DNA of 64,000 bases, from the NCBI GenBank assembly GCA_017484125.1, contig JAFUTV010000011.1, positions 14,681-78,680 of the forward strand. Direction: 5' to 3'. The notes under the pieces are model-generated. The model worked only from the letters and a program-made list of their open reading frames with translations. It was not told the DNA's origin and ran no database searches. The translations under genes were made by a program, and so were the position numbers. Source of the stretch: Bacilli bacterium (lineage in GTDB: Bacteria > Bacillota_I > Bacilli_A > RF39 > UBA660). Positions 25,972 through 34,895 of the stretch are shown here, in pieces; within the stretch, counting starts at the first letter, position 1, and the number at the start of each line of letters is the position of its first letter.

Positions 25972-28900
25972 ATGGATAGTGGTCTTATGAAAAAAAAGTC
26001 TGGATTTACATTAACAGAATTAATAGCAGTAATAGTTATATTAGGATTACTTGTAGCAATAGCAGTTCCAGTATATTTTAATGTAACAAAAAAAGCTAAA
26101 GAAAATGAATATGAGGCAAAAAAAGCATACATTGCAACTGTTGCAACAAGATATGCAGAAGAAAATAATGTTAACATAACTAATGCTTTTTCAGTTGCTA
26201 GATTAATTGCAAGTGGTTATATGTCTGCAGAAGACTATATTGATAGTGATTCTTCTCAAATTCCATTTATTGCTAATCCAACAAATGCAAATGATAATTT
26301 AGCATGTCATACTATATCAATAACAGTTGATAATTATGAATATAGTGCTACTGTAAATGATGATTCTGATTGTTCATTAATATCTGGAGATGAAGATGCA
26401 AAAGATTTTGGAATTAAAGCGTATAAATTAGAAGATAATAGTATTAAATCTGAAATATCATTTGAAAATTCAAATACTTTAAATTGGGTAAATACAGATG
26501 TAATTTTATTAATAAAACCAAATTATTCTAATATTTTGGAATCAATAATATCATACAATGGTGAAAGTAAAGAAATTAACTTTAATGATTCAAGTATTTG
26601 TAGTTCAGTGAAAATGGATTGTCCAAATGTTGTTATTTTAAGAGCAACAGCAATTTTAAAAACAGAAGTTTCAATATCTCTTAAACTAACTCAAAATGAT
26701 AATGAAACGAAATTATTAACAACACGAGTTGAAGTAAGAATTGATAAGGAAGTACCAACTGTAAATTTTGAAAAATATGATGGATGGACAGATGCTAATA
26801 AAGATACATTAATTTACGTATCTGATGGTAGTGGTTCTGGTCCAAAAGGCGTTTATGTTACTGATAATCAAGTTATGCCAAACAAAGAATGTACTGAAGC
26901 TAATAGATGTTATAAAATAGACGATAATAAAATTTCTGGAGCAGTTGCTGTACCAAATTTAACAGATAAACAATATTATTTATGGGGAATTGATAATGTT
27001 GATAATATATCCAGTGAATATGTTTTATTTGATGTTAATAATGTTGATAATGTTGCTCCAACATGTACAGTAGAGGGTGAAAATACCACCTGGAAAACTG
27101 GAAGTATAACTATAAAATGGGGATGTCGTGACTCAGAATCTGGTTGTAAAACTGGATATGATGGTTCATCAAAAGTTTATACTGAAACAGCTAAGCAAAT
27201 AACAATTCCATCATATGTAATAAAAGATAATGTTGGTAATGAAACAAATTGTCCTTCAAAAAATGTTAATGCATATATTGATAATGATCCACCAACATGT
27301 ACTAATACTCCAAGTTTTTCTGATTGGACTAGAGAAGATAGAACAATCACATGGGGATGTAGTGATAATGGTTCAGGCTGTGATCCAAGTTCTGGTGGTG
27401 GAAGCAAAATAATAAATACTACTATGGAAAAATATACTATTCCATCATATGTAATAAAAGATAATGTTGGAAATGAAACAAATTGTCCAAGCGTTACAAT
27501 AGATGTCAAAGTTGAAAAAAAGCCTTTAGATACAACCCCACCAACGTGTACACATACTTCAAATTTTTCTAATTGGACTAATCAAAATAGAACAATTACG
27601 TGGGGATGTAGTGATTCTGATTCGGGTTGTGATTCAAGATATAGTGGTGGAAGTAAAATAATAAACACTTCTATGGAAAAATATACTATCCCATCATATG
27701 AAATAAGAGATAATGATGGTAATATTACTCGTTGTCCAGCAGTTTCAGTTGATGTAAAGGTTGATAAAAATCCACCAACATGTGGAAATGCCACAGGAGG
27801 AAAAACATATTGGACAAAAAATCAATCAGTAAGTATCGGTGTAAATTGTAGCGATACAGGAAGTGGTTGTCAATATTCTAATTTTACAAGTTCAATATCT
27901 GGAAATGGAACAACACAATATACAGGAATAACAATAAGAGATAATGCTGGAAATACCACAACATGTTATAATACATATAATAAATACATAGATACTATTG
28001 CACCATCATGTGGTAGTGCTACAGGAGGAAAAACATACTGGACAAAAGATCAATCAGTGAGTGTTGGTGTAAATTGCAGTGATACAGGAAGTGGTTGTAA
28101 ATATTCTAATTTTACAAGTTCAATATCTGGTCATGGAAGAACATCATATATAGGAATAACAATAAAAGATAATGTTGGAAATACAGCTACATGTTATAAT
28201 ACCTATAATAAATATATAGATACAGTGCCACCATCTTGTACGACAACAGGTGGAGAAACTAATGCAACATCAAATTTAACAATTAGAGGAACTTGTAGTG
28301 ATTCAGATTCTGGTTGTTTATATTCTTCAGTAGCAACAACTGTTTATACATCTACATCATACAATCCTGGATGGTCATCGCCGGGAACTGTTTATGATAA
28401 TGTTAATAATTATACAACATGTCCAAGTACTTATTATTCATTTAAAGAATCCTGTGCATATACTGCAGGTAAATCTTGGTCAATAACAATAGATAATAAT
28501 TTTGTTATTCCTTGTAGTGGATCATATACAATCAAACTTTGGGGTGGTGCTGGTGGTTCTGATGATGAATCTCCAGGTGGAAAAGGAGCGTATATAAAAG
28601 TAACTGCTAAATTGAAAAAAAATTCCGTTGCGGCATTTATAATTGGGGGTGAAGGTGGATCATCAACATGGCAAGAAAAAATGAATGCTGGTGGTCATAA
28701 TGGTGGTGGAAACGCATATTGGTCTGGAGCTGGTGGTGGTCGTACCGAAGTCAGTATTGATGGTACCCTAGCAGCAGCCGCTGCTGGTGGAGGCGGTGGA
28801 ACATTTCATCTAGGACAAGCTGGTGGAGGAAGAGTTTCTACCAAGTCAGGAAATACAACTTCATCATGGAAAGGTGGTTCTACCAATACATACGTAGCTT

Positions 28901-29214
28901 ATGACTGTAATGCCGATGCTGGTGGAGGCGGTGCTGGATACAAACGTGGTGGAAAAAGAGGTATTTATGAGGAATGTAGTGGTGCAAGTACTGGATATGG
29001 CGGAATAAGTGGATATGAATCATCATTAGTTACAAAAGTTGAAGAAAAAGCAAGCAATAAAAGTGGAAATGGTAAAGCAGAAATAATACTTGATTCAATT
29101 GATTCATCATCAATAGGTGAAGAAATAATAATTGAGGATGATGGAAATGGCGAGGAAATAATAATTGAGGATGATGGAAATGGCGAGGAAATATTATTTG
29201 AGGATGCTGGATAA
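25972..29214 (+). CDS. Giant type IV pilin-like protein: prepilin-type N-terminus, six four-Cys modules, glycine-rich (ALK/LTK-type) domain and an acidic tandem-repeat tail
   Basis: KKKSG|FTLTELIAVIVILGLLVAIAVPVY is a class III (N-methylation) signal with Glu at +5. The repeats and glycine-rich domain are described in the findings. The start could be 25972 or ATG 25987. Confidence 0.85.
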   Translation: MDSGLMKKKSGFTLTELIAVIVILGLLVAIAVPVYFNVTKKAKENEYEAKKAYIATVATRYAEENNVNITNAFSVARLIASGYMSAEDYIDSDSSQIPFIANPTNANDNLACHTISITVDNYEYSATVNDDSDCSLISGDEDAKDFGIKAYKLEDNSIKSEISFENSNTLNWVNTDVILLIKPNYSNILESIISYNGESKEINFNDSSICSSVKMDCPNVVILRATAILKTEVSISLKLTQNDNETKLLTTRVEVRIDKEVPTVNFEKYDGWTDANKDTLIYVSDGSGSGPKGVYVTDNQVMPNKECTEANRCYKIDDNKISGAVAVPNLTDKQYYLWGIDNVDNISSEYVLFDVNNVDNVAPTCTVEGENTTWKTGSITIKWGCRDSESGCKTGYDGSSKVYTETAKQITIPSYVIKDNVGNETNCPSKNVNAYIDNDPPTCTNTPSFSDWTREDRTITWGCSDNGSGCDPSSGGGSKIINTTMEKYTIPSYVIKDNVGNETNCPSVTIDVKVEKKPLDTTPPTCTHTSNFSNWTNQNRTITWGCSDSDSGCDSRYSGGSKIINTSMEKYTIPSYEIRDNDGNITRCPAVSVDVKVDKNPPTCGNATGGKTYWTKNQSVSIGVNCSDTGSGCQYSNFTSSISGNGTTQYTGITIRDNAGNTTTCYNTYNKYIDTIAPSCGSATGGKTYWTKDQSVSVGVNCSDTGSGCKYSNFTSSISGHGRTSYIGITIKDNVGNTATCYNTYNKYIDTVPPSCTTTGGETNATSNLTIRGTCSDSDSGCLYSSVATTVYTSTSYNPGWSSPGTVYDNVNNYTTCPSTYYSFKESCAYTAGKSWSITIDNNFVIPCSGSYTIKLWGGAGGSDDESPGGKGAYIKVTAKLKKNSVAAFIIGGEGGSSTWQEKMNAGGHNGGGNAYWSGAGGGRTEVSIDGTLAAAAAGGGGGTFHLGQAGGGRVSTKSGNTTSSWKGGSTNTYVAYDCNADAGGGGAGYKRGGKRGIYEECSGASTGYGGISGYESSLVTKVEEKASNKSGNGKAEIILDSIDSSSIGEEIIIEDDGNGEEIIIEDDGNGEEILFEDAG
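27055..28455 (+). repeat. Six tandem coding repeats of about 76-83 codons (module boundaries 27055, 27289, 27538, 27772, 28000, 28228)
   Basis: Each module follows (A/P)P(T/S)C ... C(S/R)D(S/T/N)xSGC ... D(N)xGN ... C. By my hand alignment, modules 4 and 5 are identical at 62 of 76 residues. Confidence 0.85.
29116..29211 (+). repeat. Three copies of a 33-nt direct repeat encoding GEEIIIEDDGN (last copy diverged)
   Basis: Units start at ggt 29116, ggc 29149 and ggc 29182. The second and third begin with the identical ggcgaggaaata. Confidence 0.9.
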
Positions 29215-29240
29215 AAAAATAGACTTTTGTCTATTTTTTT
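29213..29240. terminator. Bidirectional terminator between the pilin-like gene and convergent yigZ
   Basis: AAAAATAGAC-TTTT-GTCTATTTTT, flanked by an A run and a T run. Confidence 0.75.
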
Positions 29241-29586
29241 ATTTTACCACATTATTTGCAGCACTAGAGTAAGCTCTTAATAAACCGCCAGCACCAAGTT
29301 TTATTCCGCCAAAATATCTTACAACAACAATTAAACAATTATTTAATTGTTGTTTTTCAATTATATTATATATTGGTGATCCTGCTGTTCCATTAGGTTC
29401 TTTATCATCACTTTTTTTAACAATATTATCTATTTTATATGCATATGGTAAATGACGTGCTTTTTTATGTTCTTTTTTTAATTGATCTAATATTTCTTTT
29501 ATTTCATTTATATTAAAAACTTCATAATAATAAGCAATAAATCTACTTTTTTTAATTTGCTCTTCATATGTATTTATAAGATTCAT
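29239..29586 (-). CDS. yigZ: YigZ/IMPACT-family protein, N-terminal (UPF0029) domain only
   Basis: KSRFIAYYYEV, HLPYAY, DDKEPNGTAGSPI and VVVRYFGGIKLGAGGL motifs. At 115 aa it lacks the C-terminal domain found in longer family members. Confidence 0.75.
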   Translation of the reverse strand: MNLINTYEEQIKKSRFIAYYYEVFNINEIKEILDQLKKEHKKARHLPYAYKIDNIVKKSDDKEPNGTAGSPIYNIIEKQQLNNCLIVVVRYFGGIKLGAGGLLRAYSSAANNVVK

Positions 29587-29768
29587 TTATAATCACCTAA
29601 ATTAATTATATATAAATAAATTATTAATTACTAGAAAAATTTTACTATTTTAAAAAAATATATTATATTAAATTAGATTTATAATAAATCTAATTTTTTT
29701 AGTATCGATTTTATGGTATAATTAATTAGTATTTATTAAAAAAATATATTTGAAAGGAGGTATTTAAT

Positions 29769-31535
29769 ATGAAGTTTAAAGAAAAACTATCTTTAGTTCC
29801 AAATCTTCCAGGATCGTATCAAATGTTAGATGAAAATGGAGTAATTATTTATGTTGGAAAAGCAAAAAATCTTCATAAAAGAGTATCTTCTTATTTTAAT
29901 AGAGAACATACCGGTAAAACTGCAAAACTGGTTGAAAATATTCATGATTTTACATATATTGTTGCAACAACTGAAGTGGAGGCTTTCTTAATTGAAATTA
30001 ATTTAATAAAAAAATATAAACCTAAATATAATATAATGTTAATGGACGCTAAAAGTTATCCATATATTGAATATATTTCTAAACCATATCCTAAACTTAA
30101 AATATCAAGATATTTAAATATTAAGAAAAAAGATAATAAAATTTTATTTGGACCATATCCAAATGCATATGCTGCAAGAAGAATAGTTAATTTGATTAAT
30201 AGATTATATCCTTTAAAAAAATGTGATAATCAAAAAGAATTATGTCTATATTATCACATAGGTGAGTGTTTAGGATATTGTTCTAAAAATTTAGATCAAA
30301 ATAAAGTTAAAGAAATGGAAAATGAAATATTATCTTTTTTAAGAGGAAATGATAAAATTCTTAAAGATAAGATAATGGAAAAAATTAAAATATATAGTGA
30401 TAATTTAAATTTTGAAATGGCTCAAGAATTAAAAGAAGAATTAAACTATGTAAATATTGTTATGGAAAAGCAAAAGATTGATTTATCTGATTTAAAGACA
30501 AGAGATGTTTTTGGATTTTTCTATAAAGATGGTTATATGTCTGTTAATGTTTTCTTTGTTAGAAATGGAAAATTAGTTGGAAGTAAAAATGATATTTATG
30601 TATGTTTAGATGATGAAATTGATGCTGCTGAATATTATATTGCAGAATTTTATACAAGAAATGAAATTCCAAAGGAAGTATATGTTTCAGATAATTTAAA
30701 CAAAAATGTTTTAGAAAGTGTTGTAGAAACTAATTTTATTACACCTGTTAAGGGGGTAAAAAAAGGACTTCTTGATATGGCATTAATGAATGCTAAAATA
30801 AATTATGAAAATAAATTTAAACTACTTGAAAAAGAAGACGAAAGAACTGCAGGTTCAAATGAAGAATTAAGAAAACTACTTAAATTACCAAAATTAACTA
30901 GAATTGATCTTTTTGATAATTCTAATCTTTTTGGTACTTTTGCAGTATCTGCTATGGTTGTATTTATTAATGGTAAACCAGAGAAAAAAGAATATAGAAA
31001 ATATAAAATAGTTGTAGATAAAAATGATGATTATCATACTATGCAAGAGGTAATTTATCGAAGATATAATAGAGCTATGATTGAGAATACTCAAATGCCA
31101 GATTTAATACTTGTTGATGGTGGAGAAATTCAAATTCATGCAGCTAAAGAAGTGTTATCTGATCTAGGTTTAAATATTGCAGTTGCTGGTTTAAAAAAAG
31201 ATAATAAACATAATACTAACTCATTAATTGATTTAAATGAGGAAGAAATACCTTTGGATATAACATCAAATTTATTTCATTATTTAACTAGAATGCAAGA
31301 TGAAGTTCATCGTTTTGCAATTAATTATCATAGGCAAATAAGAAGTAAAGGGCAAATATCTAGTGTTTTAGATAATGTATTAGGAATTGGTCAAAAAAGG
31401 AGAAAAGATTTAATAAAAAAATATAAGTCAATTACTAAGATTGAAGAAGCAAGTATAGAAGAGTTAAGCAAATTAATTCCTAAAGAAATTGCTATTAATT
31501 TAAAGGAATATTTAAAATCAATTAAAGAAAAATAA
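29769..31535 (+). CDS. uvrC: Excinuclease ABC subunit C
   Basis: GIY-YIG N-terminus (PGSYQMLDENGVIIYVGKAKNLHKRVSSY), a UVR domain, an endonuclease V-like domain and a C-terminal HhH. Confidence 0.95.
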   Translation: MKFKEKLSLVPNLPGSYQMLDENGVIIYVGKAKNLHKRVSSYFNREHTGKTAKLVENIHDFTYIVATTEVEAFLIEINLIKKYKPKYNIMLMDAKSYPYIEYISKPYPKLKISRYLNIKKKDNKILFGPYPNAYAARRIVNLINRLYPLKKCDNQKELCLYYHIGECLGYCSKNLDQNKVKEMENEILSFLRGNDKILKDKIMEKIKIYSDNLNFEMAQELKEELNYVNIVMEKQKIDLSDLKTRDVFGFFYKDGYMSVNVFFVRNGKLVGSKNDIYVCLDDEIDAAEYYIAEFYTRNEIPKEVYVSDNLNKNVLESVVETNFITPVKGVKKGLLDMALMNAKINYENKFKLLEKEDERTAGSNEELRKLLKLPKLTRIDLFDNSNLFGTFAVSAMVVFINGKPEKKEYRKYKIVVDKNDDYHTMQEVIYRRYNRAMIENTQMPDLILVDGGEIQIHAAKEVLSDLGLNIAVAGLKKDNKHNTNSLIDLNEEEIPLDITSNLFHYLTRMQDEVHRFAINYHRQIRSKGQISSVLDNVLGIGQKRRKDLIKKYKSITKIEEASIEELSKLIPKEIAINLKEYLKSIKEK

Positions 31536-31555
31536 ATATTATTTGGAGGAAATTT

Positions 31556-32635
31556 ATGAAAACAGTTAATATATTAAGAGATTTAAATTTAAATATTGTT
31601 GATAATTATTTTGAAGTATTAACTCCAGATTATATTTTTATTCCTATAGTAGATGAAAATTATATTATAATTAAATTAAATACTCATATTTTAAAAGGTC
31701 AACTAGTATATGATGATAATAATATAAAAAGATATTCTTCTGTTTCAGGCATTGCATTAAAAATAGGAAAATTAAATAATAAGAAATATTTAATAATAAA
31801 AAATGATTATAAGGAATTATCTATATCTAAAAGAGCAAGAAATGTTGATAATATTTCGAAAGAAGTATTTTTAAAATATTATAGTAATGATGATATAAAA
31901 AAAATATTAGATAATAAAATTCATACTTTATATATTAATGCAATTGATGATGATCCATATATTTATAATAAATATATGTATTTAAAAAATAATATTAAAG
32001 ATATTTCTGATATAATAAATAATTTACTTAGATTATTTGCCATTGAAAGAGTAGAATTTGTTATAAAAGATAGTTATAGAGATTTATTAAATGACTATAA
32101 AATTAATATTAATTATAATATAGTAAATGATATTTATCCAATAGGAAATGATAAATTATTACGTAAGTATTTAATAAACAGAGATGATGATTTTCTTATT
32201 AATATTGAAGATATTTTAGATATGGTTTATGAAGTTAAAAAAAATAAACCTATTTTAGAAAAATATGTAACAATAAATGGTAATTTAATTGATAATCCAA
32301 GTGTAATTAATGTAAAAAAATATACTTATTTAAAAGAAATACTATCTAAATTTAATATTAAAGAAAAAAATTATAGTATTATATTAAATAATTCTTTATG
32401 TGGAAAAAATATATCATTAAATGATTGTATAATAACATCTGACATTAATGGTGTTATTATAAATAAAAATAATAATAATGTAAAAATGGAATGTACTAGA
32501 TGTGGATTATGCTATGATGTTTGTCCTGTTAACATTAATCCATTAATAAAAAGCGAGAAGTGTATTAAATGTGGTTTATGTAACTATGTTTGTCCAAGTA
32601 AAATAGATGTAGTAAAGGAGTATCAAGATGACTAA
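31556..32635 (+). CDS. RnfC-like protein lacking the recognisable NADH/FMN loop, with a C-terminal 2x[4Fe-4S] ferredoxin
   Basis: YSSVSGIALKIG (RnfC_N-like), NAIDDDPYIY (compare NGAECEPY), CTRCGLCYDVCP and CIKCGLCNYVCP. No GxGGAGFP motif was seen. Confidence 0.6.
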   Translation: MKTVNILRDLNLNIVDNYFEVLTPDYIFIPIVDENYIIIKLNTHILKGQLVYDDNNIKRYSSVSGIALKIGKLNNKKYLIIKNDYKELSISKRARNVDNISKEVFLKYYSNDDIKKILDNKIHTLYINAIDDDPYIYNKYMYLKNNIKDISDIINNLLRLFAIERVEFVIKDSYRDLLNDYKININYNIVNDIYPIGNDKLLRKYLINRDDDFLINIEDILDMVYEVKKNKPILEKYVTINGNLIDNPSVINVKKYTYLKEILSKFNIKEKNYSIILNNSLCGKNISLNDCIITSDINGVIINKNNNNVKMECTRCGLCYDVCPVNINPLIKSEKCIKCGLCNYVCPSKIDVVKEYQDD

Positions 32636-33539
32636 TTATTTAAAATCTAAATATTCTAATATAAGTATTATTACAAAATATTATATAATAATTTTACTAT
32701 TAACTATTTATGCTACATATAAAAATGGTATATTGTTATATCAAAAAGAATTAATAAACTTTATATCAATATTAAAACCTGCTTTTTTAGTTTTACTTGC
32801 AATATTTATACCTTTTATTATTAGTTATATATATTATAAATACCTAAAAAAAGAAGAATATCATATACTAAATGATTATAATTTAGTATTATTTCCATTA
32901 GTGGCATTTGCCTTACCATTACAAATAAATATATTTTTGTATATAGGCATTATTTTATTATTTAGTATTATAAAAATGGCTTTTAAAACTAATATAATTA
33001 ATTATTATGCACTTATGAAATTAGTAATTATGTTTATAATTTATTTACTTGGCAAGTATTCTTATCTTACTATATATGATTTAAATATTGAAACAAATTA
33101 TACAACACTAGATATGTTTTTAGGAAATGGCATAGGTGGAATTGCTACAACAAATATTGCTTTACTAATAATTTGCTATCTTATACTTTGTATAACAAAA
33201 TCTTATAAAAAAGAAATTCCAATTATTTCTTTAGTATCATTTTTTATTATATTATTATTATCATGTTTAATATTTAAAAATAATATTATTTTAGATATTA
33301 AAGAATTAATTACTAGTGAATTTATTTATGGTATAATATTCATCTCGACTATATCATTTTATAGTCCAATAGAAAGTAAAAAAAAGATAATATATGCAAT
33401 CTTAGTAGGAGTTTTATCATACTTATTCAATAAAATAATTAATCCTTTTGAAGGAATATTTTTTGCTATAATAGTAACAAACTTAATTATATTTTTATAC
33501 GAAATTATAGAGAAGAGGATGAAAAATGAACATAAATGA
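32628..33539 (+). CDS. RnfD/NqrB-like polytopic membrane protein, divergent
   Basis: [23 protein letters not shown] and the C-terminal [16 protein letters not shown] resemble RnfD/NqrB conserved segments. The SGAT FMN-attachment motif was not found. Confidence 0.5.
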   Translation: MTNYLKSKYSNISIITKYYIIILLLTIYATYKNGILLYQKELINFISILKPAFLVLLAIFIPFIISYIYYKYLKKEEYHILNDYNLVLFPLVAFALPLQINIFLYIGIILLFSIIKMAFKTNIINYYALMKLVIMFIIYLLGKYSYLTIYDLNIETNYTTLDMFLGNGIGGIATTNIALLIICYLILCITKSYKKEIPIISLVSFFIILLLSCLIFKNNIILDIKELITSEFIYGIIFISTISFYSPIESKKKIIYAILVGVLSYLFNKIINPFEGIFFAIIVTNLIIFLYEIIEKRMKNEHK

Positions 33540-34551
33540 TTTTGATTATTATTTACCTGAAGATAAAATAGCACAAACTCCATTAAAAAATAGAAGTGAT
33601 TCAAAACTTTTAGTATTAGATAGAAAAACTAAAGAAATAAATCATGAAGTATTTTATAATATTATTAATTATTTAAATAAAGGTGATGTATTAGTTTTAA
33701 ATAATACAAAAGTAATACCTGCTAGATTAATAGGAGAAAAAGAAGATACTCATGCTCATATTGAATTATTACTTTTAAAAGATTTGGGAGATAATAAATG
33801 GGAATGCTTATCAAGACCTCAAAAAAGATTACATATTAATACTATTGTTAGTTTTGGAAATGGTATATTAAAAGCTAGAATTGATGAGATATTTGATGAA
33901 GGAATAGTTAATGTTACTTTAATATATGATGGTATTTTAGTTGAAATATTAGATAAACTTGGTGAAATGCCTCTTCCTCCATATATACATGAAAAATTAA
34001 ATGATAAAAACCGATATCAAACAGTTTATGCAAAAGTTGAAGGTAGTGCTGCTGCACCAACTGCTGGACTTCATTTTACTACTGATTTGCTTGAAAAATT
34101 AAAACAAAAAGGTGTTACTATTACTTTTGTTACTCTTCATGTTGGACTTGGTACTTTTAGACCAGTTCAAGAAGAAAATATTTTAGATCATAAAATGCAT
34201 AGTGAATATTATGAAATGTCTAAAGAAACATCAAATATATTAAATTTAGCAAAAAAAGAAAAGAGAAGAATTATTAGTGTAGGTACAACATCATGTCGAA
34301 CTTTAGAAACTATATATGGTAAATATAATGAATTTAAAGAATGTGCTGGAACAACTGATATATTTATTTATCCTGGTTATGAATTTAAAGCAATAGATGG
34401 ACTTATTACTAATTTTCACTTACCTAAGTCTACATTAATTATGTTAGTATCTGCATTTGCTTCAAAAGATATTATTTTAAATGCTTATAAAGAGGCAATA
34501 AAAAATGACTATAGATTTTTTTCCTTTGGAGATGCAATGTTTATAAAATAA
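33526..34551 (+). CDS. queA: S-adenosylmethionine:tRNA ribosyltransferase-isomerase
   Basis: [36 protein letters not shown] and [10 protein letters not shown] motifs are present. Confidence 0.95.
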   Translation: MNINDFDYYLPEDKIAQTPLKNRSDSKLLVLDRKTKEINHEVFYNIINYLNKGDVLVLNNTKVIPARLIGEKEDTHAHIELLLLKDLGDNKWECLSRPQKRLHINTIVSFGNGILKARIDEIFDEGIVNVTLIYDGILVEILDKLGEMPLPPYIHEKLNDKNRYQTVYAKVEGSAAAPTAGLHFTTDLLEKLKQKGVTITFVTLHVGLGTFRPVQEENILDHKMHSEYYEMSKETSNILNLAKKEKRRIISVGTTSCRTLETIYGKYNEFKECAGTTDIFIYPGYEFKAIDGLITNFHLPKSTLIMLVSAFASKDIILNAYKEAIKNDYRFFSFGDAMFIK

Positions 34552-34575
34552 TGTATTTTATACATTATTTTTTTA
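34548..34575 (+). terminator. Rho-independent terminator after queA
   Basis: ATAATGTA / TACATTAT stem followed by a T run. Confidence 0.6.
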
Positions 34576-34599
34576 TTAAAAAAAGGAAGTAAACCTTCC

Positions 34600-34776
34600 T
34601 TAACGATTATTGCTATTATTATTTCCAAACCAACCAGCACCAATTATAATAACTAAAAGAATAAATAATACTATCCAAATAGCAGCACCAATTCCACCAC
34701 CATAAGTATAACCTACATAACCACCTTGATTACAACCAGCATTTCCATAATAACCGTTATTTCCGTAGTAATACAT
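34600..34776 (-). CDS. Gly/Tyr-rich small membrane protein (YjcZ-like sporulation peptide family?)
   Basis: Not in the ORF track. Product MYYYGNNGYYGNAGCNQGGYVGYTYGGGIGAAIWIVLFILLVIIIGAGWFGNNNSNNR. AAGGAGG RBS lies upstream and a hairpin plus T run (34575-34600) lies downstream on the minus strand. Confidence 0.6.
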   Translation of the reverse strand: MYYYGNNGYYGNAGCNQGGYVGYTYGGGIGAAIWIVLFILLVIIIGAGWFGNNNSNNR

Positions 34777-34895
34777 ATTTATACCTCCTTTATGTATCTA
34801 TTATATTTTATTAATTTAGACACTTTTTTGACAATCATTTTATCTAAAGATTATTAAATCAAGTTAAAGTATGCTATTATATAAATAGTAGGGTG

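Noticed and set aside
27177-27794. Minus-strand and alternative-frame ORFs (27177-27509, 27230-27412, 27582-27794) inside the pilin-like gene.
   Set aside because: They lie entirely within the tandem-repeat region of a strongly supported + strand gene and repeat with it. They are low-complexity shadow ORFs with no RBS.
29116-29211. The direct repeats could be a small CRISPR-like array.
   Set aside because: The units are contiguous with no spacers and lie in frame within a coding region, where they encode GEEIIIEDDGN. No cas genes are in the window.
25972-29214. The glycine-rich protein could be a prophage tail fibre.
   Set aside because: No capsid, terminase, portal, tape-measure, integrase or lysis genes are nearby. 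The protein has a prepilin-type N-terminus and is flanked by housekeeping genes.
29670-29700. An 11-bp inverted repeat plus T run (AAATTAGATTT-ATAAT-AAATCTAATTT) in the divergent yigZ/uvrC promoter region might be a terminator, attenuator or operator.
   Set aside because: The stem is almost entirely A/T, and such palindromes arise easily in this composition. No gene ends here. I also looked for a LexA/Cheo box (CGAACnnnnGTTCG) upstream of uvrC and found none.
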